The position numbers and the translations under genes were made by a program. A DNA stretch of 61,703 bases, counting the filler, from Porpidia crustulata (Eukaryota), in the NCBI GenBank assembly GCA_964255105.1. It is 8 parts of 8 records of this genome, joined end to end, with 100 filler letters (N's around TTAATTAATTAA, not from the genome) between each part and the next. Parts side by side here need not be neighbours in the genome. Positions count along the whole stretch, not along the records: positions 46,378 to 53,993 come from CAXUWE010001277.1; positions 54,094 to 61,703 come from CAXUWE010001278.1; 6 more parts are not named here. One strand, 5' to 3'. Every line of letters begins with the position of its first letter. Positions within the stretch are counted from its first letter, which is position 1. Of this stretch, positions 49,354 to 61,703 are shown piece by piece. Below the pieces are notes generated by a model. The model did no database searches and was not told the DNA's origin. It saw only the letters and a list, made by a program, of their open reading frames with translations.

Positions 49354-52300
49354 ATGACAAGCGCTACTCCCGATCAGTCGCCTCGTACGCGACCTCGAGA
49401 CAAAACTCCAAACAACCCTCGCGTAGATGCCGGCAGATTGCCTCTGGTCATGGAACGACCAGAGATCACTACTCATGATTCTAATGAGTCAGGCTCCTCG
49501 GATGATTATGCGGTCAATCTCAGTATCCCAGGGCATGAACCAAGTTTTGAGGAAGAGGAGGATACAGATGGTACGATAGAGTATACGCCTGGATCTACCT
49601 TGGATAATATAACGCCTTTGACTGGTTTCTCCTCAGGCCAGCCACCATGGAGTCCGCAGATGCTACCAAGGGCAAGAGAAGGAAGCGTTGGAGATGTAGA
49701 GGAAATCCCTCAGCCCTTGAGCAATGGGACAGCACTCCGCAGCAGTGTTGCAAGCCCTAGGCCCCAAAGACCCACAGCACCGGCACGAACTCCTTCAAGT
49801 ACATACGCTCCTCCCCGAAAGCCTCCACACTACATGGCCCTCCATTCGAATAGACAGCGATCGTTTTCTGGCACCCGGAGTCGGCGGGATCCGAACGCTC
49901 AGTATCGAGCCCAGGAGAAGGCCTACATCCAGCAACTACGACAAGATCCTAACAACGATTACGACGAGGGATATACACCTAGCGTGGTCTACAGCACCGA
50001 CTCGGAGACTGAGGAAGAGTCGCCATCGTCGGAAGTTCATTTCGAACCCGACAACTACGACCAAGATACCCAGCTTTTCTACAATACTGATGAGGTTCAA
50101 CCTTCCTCGGAAGAATTACAAGTCCCTGAGAATCGAGAAAGACTGGAATGGCATTCTATGCTGGCGTCGGTCCTGAAAGGGGATGTCGTCAAGCAGGAGA
50201 AGCAGCGATTAATTGGTACAACCGAGCAAAAGGGCGAAAAGGCACTTAGCAATGAGATTTGGATAGGGGTACGGGCCAAGGTGTGTGGGCGTAGTATTGC
50301 GGCGCAGAAGCGAATGGTTGAGGAGGGCAGGGCTGCTATCAATCTCGAAATCGAGGCTATAATCGCCTTCCAAATCAAAGGAGCGCGGGAAGCTGGCAAA
50401 CCAGCCACACAGCAAGTTCAAGATATAGTCCAGAAAATCGAGCGATGTGAGAGCTTGTACCCGACACGGCTAGCCCTCGAGAAGGCAAACGCAAGAGCTG
50501 CCTCAAATGCATTCAAGGCCAGCTGTGATGCAGTAGTGGCTTGGCACAACACGACGGAGCTGATCAATACGGAGCTTGCTATATTGCAGGGCTGGGTGGG
50601 TAATCAAGAGCTCGACTTTGTCAAGCGAAGGGTCCGTTCACCTGGTGAAGCTGGCCTTGCCGATGACTCCTCCTTCCTTGACCGAATACTCAAAGACGAC
50701 GGCCTCAGGTCTCTTCATGGAGATCATAGCATGTTGTTGGGTGTAGCAGAAGTTATCCGGAAAGCCAAAGTCACGCTGATTGACAACGCCCTAGCATTTG
50801 CACAGCGTCATCTCCCGCCTTATATTGAGGAGCTTCTGACATTAATCAACTTCCCGTCGCGGTTGATTCAAGAGATTATCCGAATGCGACTCAATTACGC
50901 CAAGAAGATGAAAGATCCTGCCCAGCAATCCGCAATCATGACTGCACAAATGATTTCCCAATTTCAAATCCTGCTGAAGCTGGCTGTGCGCATCAAACAG
51001 GAGTATACCCTGGTCTCACAACCAGAACGCGGTTGGGAGTTGCCCTCTTGCATCGATGATAATTTCGATTTTGTAGTGCTGGATGCACTCAAGTTTTACT
51101 TTAAAATGTTGAATTCGAAACTAGTGGGAAATAAGAACACATTCAAGGAAGCTGAGATTCTGGAACAAGAATGGGAGTTCTCGAATGAGATAGGTCGATT
51201 TCTGGACGGTGGTGATGTTGAGGTCGCAGAGCAGTTCAGTGGCCTTACGGCAAAGGCACTACAAAGATTGACCACCAATTTTGATCGGGAGTTACAGAGA
51301 AAGCCTGAAGAGAACGCCGCCGATATGGATAAGCGATATAAACAGATATTGGATTCTGTGCGTGTTAGACAAAGGAAATTGTTTCGCTTTTCGAGACTTT
51401 TGGGTCAGCGATTCGAGAATGCCACTGAGTACAACATCAATTTGGATCGATCGCAAGCTCAGGAGCTGTATAGCTCACTTATGGCGAGTGGCCATTTCCT
51501 CATTTCAGGCTCGAATGGACAGCATGAAGGGATTTTTCTCATTGCCTCACCGTCTCTGTACGATCGGCCGAGGGACATTCAATCTATCCTCGGCACTTCT
51601 TTCCGTACTGACGAAGTCATGGAGGATCATTCGAATCCTTACGTCCTCATTTTGAGACCAGATGAGCCAATATACTGGGATAGCAAAAGACTTGATGTGG
51701 ACATACACTCACCTGCCATGGATATTAGACCAGGACGGTTACGTCTTGTTGCAGACGGCTCTATGAAGCGGTTACAAAACGCCCGGCTGGCATTCATCCA
51801 GTCTGTAGGGATCGATCTCGATATACTCACGGAGATGAGGGCCAACCTGACTAGGGTGAACATGGAGCTGGGCAAGATCAAGAAAACAGCCTACAAATTA
51901 TCCAACACAATTATGGAGAGCGTCGAAATCATCCGGAAGCAGACCAAAGGTCTCGAGAACCAAGAGCTGATCCAGACCTGCTTTGCATTTGCAACAGAGT
52001 TCGGGAAACGCTCTGTGACATACATGGATGTGAACAGACGGATGATGAACAACCTCAAGCTTACAAGATTGGCATTAGACTGGGTGAGCTTTATCTGCGA
52101 TGACTGCGTGGCTCTGGATCGAAAAACCTTCAGGTGGGCAGTTGTAGCACTCGAATTCGCGATGGTCATGACCAGGGGACCCAACATCCTCTCGATTACC
52201 GACAACGAGTTTACAAGACTACGGACAAAGGTGGCTGGCTGCATGTCGCTCTTGATCTCGCACTTTGATATCATGGGAGCTCGATCAACCTTGGCTGCCC

Positions 52301-53560
52301 AAGCCGAGAAACAGCGAGTCGAGGCATTACAAGGGCAATTCCGAAAGATGGACATTAGCAGATTGAAGGATGATGCCGAAGCCTCCGACTATGTTCGGGA
52401 ACAGTGGCTCGCCCAGCTGCAGGAGATTGACGAGATACGGAAACAGAAAGACGCAGAAAGACAGGCCTTGGGGCGCGTCCTGGAAGACTCAAACGAGGCC
52501 GACCGATCTTTGACCTTTTTATCGTCCTCTGCAACCAATGTCACGCTAAGATGGCAGCAGGGCCAATTTGTTGGCGGAGGAACATTTGGATCTGTCTATG
52601 CAGCAATTAACCTCGACTCTGGCCAACTGATGGCTGTCAAGGAAATACGATTGCAAGACCCTCAGCTAATTCCTACAGTGGCAGGGCAGATCCGTGATGA
52701 GCAGGCTGTTCTTGAGGTTCTGGACCATCCGAATATCGTTTCTTATTATGGCATCGAGGTTCACCGAGACAAGGTGTACATTTTCATGGAATATTGCTCA
52801 GGTGGCTCGCTAGCGAATCTTCTGGAACATGGACGTATCGAAGACGAGACAGTAGTACAAGTCTACGCTCTGCAGATGCTAGAAGGGTTAGCATATCTCC
52901 ACCAAAGTGGCATCGCCCATCGTGACATTAAGCCCGAGAGTAAGTCTACCGTCATCTCTTTAGCATACAGCACAAGTATGCAGTCGCTAATACTCCACTT
53001 TAGACATTCTCCTCGACCACAATGGCGTGATCAAATACGTCGACTTCGGCGCGGCCAAAGTCATCGCGCGCCAGGGCAAAACCCTTCAGCCCGACCACTC
53101 TGCCACCGGCGCCGCCTGGGTCCCCGGGAAACAAAAATCCATGACCGGCACCCCCATGTACATGTCGCCTGAAGTCATCAAAGGCCAGAATGAAGGCCGA
53201 CAAGGCGCCATTGACGTTTGGTCCCTCGGCTGCGTCATCCTTGAGATGAGCACCGGCCGCCGACCGTGGGCATCGCTCGACAACGAGTGGGCAATCATGT
53301 ACAATATCGCTCAGGGAAACCCGCCGCAGCTGCCCAGCAAGGACCAACTCAGCCCCGAGGGAATGGAATTCCTCAAGCGGTGTTTCGAAAAGGATCCGAG
53401 GAGGCGGGCGAGCGCGGCGGAGCTGCTGCAGTGCGAGTGGATCATGAAGATCCGGCAGCAGGTCGTGGTTGGCGGGACGGCGGATAGCCCGACGCAGTTT
53501 ACGAGCGGGAGCGACACTAGCAGCGCGAATAGTTCGAGGCAGAATTCGAGTGTCTTTTGA
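49354..53560 (+). CDS. SSK2: HOG-pathway MAP kinase kinase kinase Ssk2/SskB
   Basis: ENRERLEWHSMLASVLKGDVVKQEKQRL N-terminal block, and kinase motifs GGGTFG, AVKE, HRDIKPE|N, DFG and GTPMYMSPE. One intron at ~52940-53003. Confidence 0.96.
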
Positions 53561-53930
53561 AGATTGGATGGGATATATACTCTTGTGAAAAGCTGAGAAG
53601 CAAAATCTGCTCGAGTTTGATGAGCGTGTTGGCAGGAGAACAAGAAAAGAAGGATCCTGACACCATGGAGACGAAAGAGGCCACGACGCACACTCCATCG
53701 GATCATCCACGCTGCGCATCTCGTTTCGACGCAAACACGATCGCTATTTCTACGACCTCTGAGCATCCCGTTCCTTCAATCTCCTACAAACACACACATA
53801 ACCGCAGCTCACAAACCCCCATGTTCTTCACCTCCACCTTCGCTTTCAATTCCATCAACCCCATCAAATCCAACAATCTCGCGATCACCGTTGCCCCTCG
53901 CTTCGTATGCTTCGCAACCTCTAACCCCCA

Positions 53931-53970
53931 AGCAACACCAACACCCACACCAACACCCACACCAACACCC
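53931..53970 (+). repeat. Hexanucleotide microsatellite (ACACCM)n
   Basis: ACACCA ACACCC ACACCA ACACCC ACACCA ACACCC near the contig end. Confidence 0.8.
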
Positions 53971-53993
53971 ATCCTCTTTATTTTATTTTGCTC

Positions 53994-54093
53994 NNNNNNN
54001 NNNNNNNNNNNNNNNNNNNNNNNNNNNNNNNNNNNNNTTAATTAATTAANNNNNNNNNNNNNNNNNNNNNNNNNNNNNNNNNNNNNNNNNNNN
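53994..54093. other. Artificial contig spacer
   Basis: N44-TTAATTAATTAA-N44. Confidence 0.99.
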
Positions 54094-54141
54094 AGCCTGA
54101 ACTATTTCCACAGCAAGAGATCTTCAGGAGTCACAAAGTAT

Positions 54142-56166
54142 CTATCTGCCTCCACCAGCCATCCTCCTCATCCTGTCCTCGGCAGCCCTCGCTCTCCTCT
54201 CCCTCTCCAATCTCGTCCTCATCTCCGGCGTCAACCCCCTCGCCTCTTCCTCCCTCTTCTCCGCCCCCGTCTTCTCCAGCGCTCCCAAAGCACGTCCACT
54301 CACCTTCTTTCCCTGCACTTTATCACCGTTGGCCATTGCCTCCTTCTTCAGTCTCTCCGTTTCTGCTTTCCGCCTTTCAACCTCCACCTTCTCGGCCTCG
54401 GCACGCTCGCGCTCTTCCCTCTTGTCCGCTTCGGCCTTCGAAAGTGGCGGCGGGCAATGAGCGGATGACCAGTCCCAGCGATCTTCGCCAAGCTCCGAAC
54501 GTGCGATGCGGAAGGCGTCGCGGGTTGCGCGGTCACCCGTTACGTCAAAAGCGGGTTTTCCTTCACCATTGGGAAAGGCTGGGTTGGCGCCAGCTTTTGA
54601 TAGTAGTGCAAGGACTACGGCTGGCGAGTTGACGCTTGCGGCGAGGTGGAGGGGCGTTGAGGCGTGGTGGTTGGCTTGCGTTTCTGGGGGGTGGAATTCG
54701 AAGTCCGGGGTGAGAAAATTGCTGGAGAGGTAGGAAAGGACTGCGGGGGCTTTTGACCGACGTATTAATGCCTGAAGCTGGGACGTGTGTAGGAGTAATG
54801 CTTCTTCCTCTTTAGATGGTTTCGGGGTTGCAGGCTTGCTGGTCACTGTAGCCGATTTGGAAGCAGCCGCTTCACGCTCCTGCTCAGCAGCTTCGGCTGC
54901 AGCTAGAGCTGCCTCGTCGACCTCACTGATCTTGACTCTTGTCAGTTCGAGAAATGCCCGCATAAGCTCGGCTTGGGTCGCACGGCGTGTGCTGAACGGA
55001 AAGCCCCTGTTTCTCGGATCGTTGTGCCTTAGTACCTGACCATCGTACGGCCCAAAGAGAGTTCTACGATTCGAGCTGCCTGTAGCTCTGAAAAATATCA
55101 ATTGTGATTTATTGATGAGCTCTTTCCACTCCGTAAGGAGAGCGCGTATTTCAACTTCGAGTGCTTGTTCGTTGTACCGCCGTATTGAGGCGCCAGCTGA
55201 GTGTGCAGCACCTTTCGCAGAGTCGTTAGCAGACTGAGATCCACCTTGCTTGCGACGGGTCGTATAACGATGGAAGGTTTTATGAGCGATAACAATGGCT
55301 TGGCGCTGTTCCACGCCATTTGCGACGCCCATTCTTGGACAAAGTGATACAATCATACCAGCAAAATGTCCGCCGCCGCTCATACAAAGGAAAATATGAG
55401 GGCTTGTCATAGTAGATGGAAGCGCTACCCCATTTGAAGAGTTGGGCGGTAATTTTGAGGATACTGCTTTCAGCTGCTTTTTCCTAATGATGTTCAACAG
55501 GTTGGATTCATCCTGTTTTTCTTCATCCGTGAAGAGTGCTCTGTAAATGCCCAGCGAAGTATTAGACGGTAGCAGAGGCGTGGAGAACCAAATCAAAGGG
55601 GGTTTTCCCGCGGATCGGTTTTCCCTCTTGGGAGTGAAGTCCACCTCATCTTCACCTGTCTTGATCCTAGCTTGTTTCTTTAGCAGCGTTGCTAGAATAC
55701 TCTCCTTTCGATCGTCCTCATGCTCCGACTCCTCGGAGTCGGACCCAGAACCCGATATGCTCTCATCCAAATCGTCCAGTAACTTCTCAAATTCATTCTC
55801 CGTGACCAAGGATTGCCCTCGCAGCTTTTGCTTCAAGTTGTAGCCATGCCAGTCTGATTTGACGTGTCGACGCTGTTCCTCAACGTTGGGAACCGTTATC
55901 TGACACAGGAGGCAAGAAGTAGCCGATTTCGTATCTCCCTGGGTAACGCCTTGCCCATCTGTCAGAGAATAATTGTGCTTGGGTGTGTCTTCACTCTTGA
56001 TCAAGGCCTGTAGCAATGAGGGGTCCTTTATTTGTAGGGTGATAAGCAGTTCGGGCGGGAGATCAAAGACTGTTGTGCTTCATTAGCGTACATATATTGC
56101 CTGGAACAACTTGAAGCTTCTACCATACGGCGGTCTCTTGCGAAGCTCTTCTGCCTTGTCCGTCAT
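54142..56166 (-). CDS. VMS1: Vms1/ANKZF1 (C2H2 finger, VLRF1 domain, ankyrin repeat, coiled coil)
   Basis: SCLLC...HVKSDWHGYNLKQKL, GGHFAG, HKTFHRYTTRRKQGGSQS and TPLHLAA. First exon from ATG 56166, then an intron, then VFDLPPELL. Confidence 0.95.
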
Positions 56167-56475
56167 TGTGGCCTAAAAACCAGGATGTATGTCGATAGAA
56201 TGGACTTCAATGGTGCACAATGTCGCTAAGTACGTTGAAGGTGAGAACCATGACACTTCACTCTGAGTCATGGGATGAGTCAATAAACCACAATATCATC
56301 TTCTGGTGAAAGCATTCTGTGCTATTTTTACCGCGTGATATGTTACGGCCAACGGGTTCGGTCGAAATGCAGAAGCCGTTTCGCCCATATATGGTTGTCT
56401 TTGGTAGATATTGTGTCTAACACTACTATGCTAGATATACACAGCCCGTCCAAAGCTCAAATCTCTCGACCAAAT

Positions 56476-58223
56476 TTACGTCGCTTTACAATAATTAGCC
56501 GGAAAGCTTCCTTGGATCCCTCTGAGCTCGCCTTCCCACCAATCGTCCAAGCTTTCTGTTTTCTTGATGACTTTGATACGGTCACCTTCCTTGAACGCTA
56601 AATCGCCTCCCCCTTGACCAGGAAACTCATACAATGCAGTGACCCAAACTCCTTGTTCTGATGGCCTCTTCTTTGGAGGAGGTGGTGGTGGCTTCTTTTT
56701 ACCCGCTGCGATCGAGGCCATTGAAGACGTTGTAACCACCGATGAACTCGACGGTAACCGATCTCGGCTGAAGTAGTCTGACCGCGGCCCAGCTGGGGCA
56801 TGAATGGTCTGGACGTCCCCAGGTGAGGGGCTCTTGATAGTAAGTGAATTGTAGTTTGGAGTTGCCAATGAGAGCGATGTCTGCGATGGGACGGAAGAGA
56901 TTCTAGGTCTCGTACTAGGATCGGGTGGCGTAGGTGGTCCGTCGTATTCGCTTGTACCTGGCGACACCGCCGGTCCTGAAATTGCACTGATAGCAGGCGA
57001 TGTTGGGGCTTTTAGTGTCTTGACTTGATTGCTTGAGCGTCGTTGAGCGTAACCGTTACGGAGATTAAGCCCAGTCAAACTTCCGTGAGGTTTTTGATCT
57101 TCCATCCTCATTGGTTGACGGACAGTCTTGCCACTAGCAACAATAGGAAGACCTTCCAATTCATCCTGAGCTAGCTTGAAGTCCACGTCCCAAGTAGATA
57201 TTATATTGTTCATGGGCGGAGGCGGCGACGGGAAGCTCTCTTCCTCAGAGTAAGTGTGTAACATAGTATAGTAGTGACCAAGAAGTGCATTCTGTGTCAT
57301 AATTTGCGCTGCGAGTAGATGGGGAAGTAACGAAAACGCGGCGGTAACAACTGGGGGTAGACATGACTTTAGGTTATCATCCGCCACAGCATACTCCTGG
57401 GAACAGCTTAGCCAGTACCCTTGGACCTTGCAATGATACCACAGCGGTTTGCGGGAACGTTGATGCAGTTGCTAGGTCACACGGTGGAGCATATATTATG
57501 ACAAGATGGACGAAGAAACCGAATTTCACAGAGCCATGACTCTGATATAGCTATTTAATCGTGTTGACGTACCTCTTTTGCATAAAGTAATTGATCTTCA
57601 GCTTTTGCTAGACTTATATTGTCCTTTTCTGTTCGTTTCGTTTTCTTCCTTGCAGTATCCACCCGGCCTTGGTACTTCTCAAAGTCGAGCTGCAGGAATC
57701 AGCTTCAAATTTTCAAGAAATGTTTCAAGCCATCCAAACCTTCCTATCGCCTCGCTTTTTGATGACCTTTTTCAAAGGCTGTATATACTCTTTGGCGTCT
57801 GTTGCGGGCCCTATGATCCTTATGTCTACCAAATTGATCTCTTCGACCAGATCCGCTTTGAGCTCAGCATAGCCTTCCTGAAGCTTTGTTGTTCTACTCA
57901 TTATGTTTTGCGGCGTTTCCATTGGCTGGTGACCTTCATAGTGCTCGTTAGACCCAATGAACGGAGAGTACATGACCTCGAAGCTGTAGATAAGTCGTTG
58001 TTGTGTAAGCAGGATGTCGGTCCAAGCGTCGCGCCATGCTTTCGATGCCTCAATGATCTACGAAGTTCCTTAGTACCGTTTATGCATCGGCGACCTACGA
58101 TGCTGAATTTACCTTTGCAAACATCTTGTCAGCATCGTCAAAGTCTTTGAGCAGTACAGCGACTTGGGATTCGTCGGCGGTCCTGGGAAGAAGCTTCCCA
58201 AAGCGCCTTTGCACGCTCTGCAT
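56476..58223 (-). CDS. BAR-SH3 domain protein
   Basis: MQSVQRRFGKLL...LLKDFDDADKM|IIEASKAWRDAW...KKVIKKRGDRK|LDFEKY (BAR), a KKKPPPPPPKK segment and a C-terminal SH3 ALYEF..GDLAF...DWWEG..GSFPANY. Confidence 0.9.
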
Positions 58224-58762
58224 CTTAAATTTATTCTTCCCGATTCCGAGGTTAGTTGATAGCTTCTTACTTTTACCTCACAGGAACACTGAGGGCGTAA
58301 GACGTGAAGTTGGTACGAAGACTTATTTCCTCCAGCTCTCAGCCTTGTCAGGCCAACGGCGGGGTTTCAAAGTTTTGCGAGAACCCCACCGGGAAACACA
58401 GACCATGGACATATGAAACCTAACTGCGTATCTTACACACTCAATTGATGATCACTAGCAGAGAGAAGGCTGAATACGTTCGTAAATAAATTACAGATGG
58501 ACGATGCTACCCATTAACGACAGATCCAATTTAGCACCTAATGTACCTTCTTTAGCGCTCGAGGCGGCTACCTAGTGAAACAACTCGCGCTTGAGATTCA
58601 CCTATCTAAGTCTACCAAAGGGGAAACTCCTTACCTCGAATGCTTCCATCAGTCGACTGTTGGCAAACACTGAATGATCTATCGATACTCGATCGGAACG
58701 CGGATTGACGCCTTGGTCGTGACAGTACTGTCTGCATGGCATCGTAAGTTAAGATGTATTGA

Positions 58763-59743
58763 TCAATCGATACCTGTATGAAGCAAGTTATTACCTTTAG
58801 CCTTCTCTCGTACAAACATTGGCCTATACTTCGCCGTGCAAAAACGCCATTCACCAATGTCAAAATCTTCTTGGGTTCCTGCTCTGATGTATACCCGGAT
58901 CTTTCTCGTGGGACAGATGTCACACTCTGGAGCTCCTGGCCCTGTATGAGGCCACTTAACCAAGCAAGTGCATTTCTCTCTTATTTCCACTTTTCCACAA
59001 TACATGCACATTTCCTGCATCGTCGAGATCCACCTGGGAATGCTGCTTGAGTATGGGACTACATCTTCATTTGGAAAAACCACTTTTGCAAGATGCTGGG
59101 GACAAATTCTCTCTACGGACTTTGTTTCGAAGAGAGCCTGTGCTGCAAAGGTACAGAACTGGGGAGATACCTGTTTCCAAGTCTCCGGGCTGTGCTTAAC
59201 TTTGCAAAGTGCGCAGGTCAGCCCATTAAAGCGTTGATACTGATCGGACCTTGGATGATACTGGTCCATGGAGGGGTGAGAGTGTCTTTGGTGAAGAAAT
59301 GACCGATAAGATGCCTGAGGAGGGTAACGGTTGATATAGTCCTGCTCCAAGCATGCCATGACATACCACTTTGCGCAACGGCTAAGAGAGTTTCCCCCAG
59401 TTCTTATAAGCTTTCTGAAGCGACGGCAAGTAATGCTCAAACAAATGGCCGCCGCGGGGTTCAGGAAGCTTGTGATGCGACGTATCAAGTCATCTGGCAA
59501 TTTGCTGAAGCGATGAGCTGATAACGCGCGCAGATAAGCTGACCGAACACTTGCTTCGGTAGGAGGTTCGGTGGATCGCCATTCGTGGGTTGGAAATTCT
59601 CTAGGAATAGACCCAACAGGGCGATATTCCGTACGACAGGACTTGTACTTCGATGGATTCAAGAACGCGTCATATTCCAGAATCTGCCTCTCTCTGTGAG
59701 TTAAACCTGAGCCAGAGGCCATCCAATTTACGATGCGTCTCAT
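58763..59743 (-). CDS. F-box protein with Cys-rich C-terminal region
   Basis: FSKLPDDLIRRITSFLNPAAAICLSITCRRF (F-box), followed by CALCKVKH, CMYC and CDIC. The start could be 59890. Confidence 0.75.
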   Translation of the reverse strand: MRRIVNWMASGSGLTHRERQILEYDAFLNPSKYKSCRTEYRPVGSIPREFPTHEWRSTEPPTEASVRSAYLRALSAHRFSKLPDDLIRRITSFLNPAAAICLSITCRRFRKLIRTGGNSLSRCAKWYVMACLEQDYINRYPPQASYRSFLHQRHSHPSMDQYHPRSDQYQRFNGLTCALCKVKHSPETWKQVSPQFCTFAAQALFETKSVERICPQHLAKVVFPNEDVVPYSSSIPRWISTMQEMCMYCGKVEIREKCTCLVKWPHTGPGAPECDICPTRKIRVYIRAGTQEDFDIGEWRFCTAKYRPMFVREKAKGNNLLHTGID

Positions 59744-60829
59744 GATGAAGCAATCAAATGCCAAACTGCTAGTGGTAAAGGATAAGAATGAATTAGGAGA
59801 TGACCAAATACGTATAGAAGGAAGACTGCTCTGGAAATGGAAGGAGCGGTGTTTTGGCAGTGAAAGGTATGGCAAGTGCCAGGGCGCCACCCGGTCCCCA
59901 GTGAGTGTGCAAAGCCCCTTCCATAGTGAGATTTTATCTTTATCTTCGTTCTTTCCTCCGCTTTCATAGTTTGATACTTCAGATATCCAGACTATGTTCT
60001 TATCAGTATTTGGTTATTCAAAAGGAAAGAGAAGGCCGATGTCCATTTACTCAAAATCATCCCCACTTTGAGTTCATTGAAATAAATTAACCCCCTTACA
60101 GAGGAAGCTCTGGATTTGAGCCATATGAGAGAAGACCCCAGTAGTCTAACGTACATAGAGAGCGCGTTCAGGGGTTGGGCCCAATACTCCTCTTTCTATT
60201 TTTTTGATCTAGTATTGATTCGAGAACATGAAGCCTTCCTTCACGGCATCTGATATGTTACGTTGAGGGATTGCGATTATGCTCTAGATACGCTTCTCTT
60301 TCGACGGTATAGGGACTAAAGCAACTCCATCATCTTCATACCAACCAGCAGCTGTAGTCTGTGTGGTGAATTGCCAACCTCTTTACAGGAGGACTTAGAT
60401 TAGAATCACATGAGACTAAGAATCAATAATTTGGTATACTTAGATGGTAGATTCAGGGGTTTGGTGGGTTCAATTTTCTTTGCCGTCTTCTTTCCATTTG
60501 AACTTATTTGAGTTAAAATTGAAAGAACAACCCTTTCTATCAGTTCCAAGACTGGGCATTGCGGTTTTGCAATCATTTTTTGGGTGGAGGGGGGATCCGA
60601 TAGGCTCAATAGACTGCCTTCTCTGTAACTCGACCCCCATATTGTTCTTCTACCCATTGCCTTGCCCATAGAGAACCTTTTCACCGACTGCTTCTTGATA
60701 CAAGATAATGTCCGAAGCATACTACTTTTTATATTTGCGGTGTCCTGAAGTTAATGATCAGATGAGCTGTGTCATCCGTCTTCTCGTTGCTTAATCAACA
60801 TTCTATCCTGATTGAAAGAGCCCTGCTAC

Positions 60830-60927
60830 GATATCTAAGCGAATACTCGACATCTGGGCGCGATGTACGCGAATACCCGACATGTACGCGAATACTCGCG
60901 ATGTACTCGAGTATTCGCTTGGATATC
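60830..60927. repeat. 98-bp hairpin with 21-bp inverted arms and internal tandem repeats
   Basis: GATATCTAAGCGAATACTCGA ... TCGAGTATTCGCTTGGATATC (20/21 complementary), with two internal ATGTACGCGAATAC repeats. Confidence 0.8.
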
Positions 60928-61428
60928 TTGGTTTATTAGACGAGCTCACGATTTCCGGTCGAGTGCGAACTCCGCCGCGATGTTCTGCCGAGTTCTGTGA
61001 CGATGTTCATGTGGAAATTCCAACATTGTCATATCTTGTTTCTTTGTTTAAGTCTTAGCGTCAGTCTTTGCAAGATTTCCAAACCCCCTTCCCCTTTGTT
61101 GAAATACAGCAATCGCGTTGTAATTCTCATGCTCCGGTGCCTTTGTCTTTGCGCATTTGTCCAGCTTTTTAATTGTTTTTTAAATTCTTTAATGTGGTCA
61201 TTGATCTTAAACCTGCCATATTACATTTTAGGCCCAAGATCACAATCTCTCAGGTCCCTGTTTCCAAATTTCGAAGCCTGTCACCCTCCTATATGCGACA
61301 GAATACGTCTCACAGGTCCTTCTAGAAATCTTCCTAATCAAGAACGGCGTGACGTACCTGGCTGGATTGGATTCGCGCGTCTTGTCGATAGCATCTCCAT
61401 TCTTATTACCGCCATTGTTCTCATCCTA

Positions 61429-61703
61429 ATGGCTCACAAGTGCTCCCCGGAGCGCTCTCCAATCAAAATGTCTCCCATTACTCCGAATGAGGAGAAATTT
61501 GAGAGGCCGCCTTTTCTCGAGAATCTTCTGGACGAGATCTGTAGGTTCCCCTATTTACCAAACTTAAAGAACAAATTTCCTTGGCTGATGGATCGGACTT
61601 CCAGCGCACCAGAGCCGGGCGAGACAACCCAGATGACGAGGATGTTCTCCCTGTCCCCTGAACTAAGAGCCGAAATCCAAGCATTCCGTCCCCTGGCACG
61701 CGC
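61429..61703 (+). CDS. Possible 5' end of an unknown gene (runs off the window)
   Basis: Frame open from ATG 61429/61468 (MSPITPNEEKFERPPFLENLLDEI...) to the end. No recognisable motif. Confidence 0.3.
   Translation, partial: MAHKCSPERSPIKMSPITPNEEKFERPPFLENLLDEICRFPYLPNLKNKFPWLMDRTSSAPEPGETTQMTRMFSLSPELRAEIQAFRPLAR

Noticed and set aside
53000..53766. 244-aa and 151-aa minus-strand ORFs overlapping the SSK2 3' exon (and similar antisense ORFs over GAL7, Nup170 and the PWWP gene)
   Set aside because: Antisense shadows of GC-rich coding exons.
7643..54093. Regularly spaced TTAATTAATTAA motif every ~7.7 kb, and apparent clustering of genes across it
   Set aside because: Artificial six-frame-stop linkers between length-sorted contigs. 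Linkage between the Starship captain (contig 4) and the gasdermin module (contig 6) cannot be inferred.

Overview
Filamentous ascomycete (Pezizomycotina) DNA with short spliceosomal introns. The window is not one locus. It is eight contigs of steadily decreasing length (7642, 7634, 7633, 7627, 7622, 7619, 7616, 7610 bp) joined by artificial 100-nt N44-TTAATTAATTAA-N44 spacers, so neighbourhood only has meaning within a contig. Six contigs carry ordinary genes: Nup170, AIM41-like, two F-box genes, GAL7, CLC, MFS, DUF3237, PWWP, BNA1, RCL1, SDR, GMF, a molybdopterin-binding domain gene, Ras, SSK2, VMS1 and BAR-SH3. Two contigs are accessory. Contig 4 (23210-30836) holds a DUF3435 tyrosine-recombinase Starship captain with apparent lesions, followed by scrambled relic DNA. 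Contig 6 (38659-46277) holds a fungal gasdermin (HET-Q1/RCD-1 family) convergent with a TPR-linker-S8 subtilisin protease gene, plus small transposon relics. The most striking observation is an in-frame TAG in the gasdermin that cuts off a still recognisable 42-codon acidic C-terminal tail, the part expected to be autoinhibitory. All family assignments come from motif recognition by eye, without database searches.
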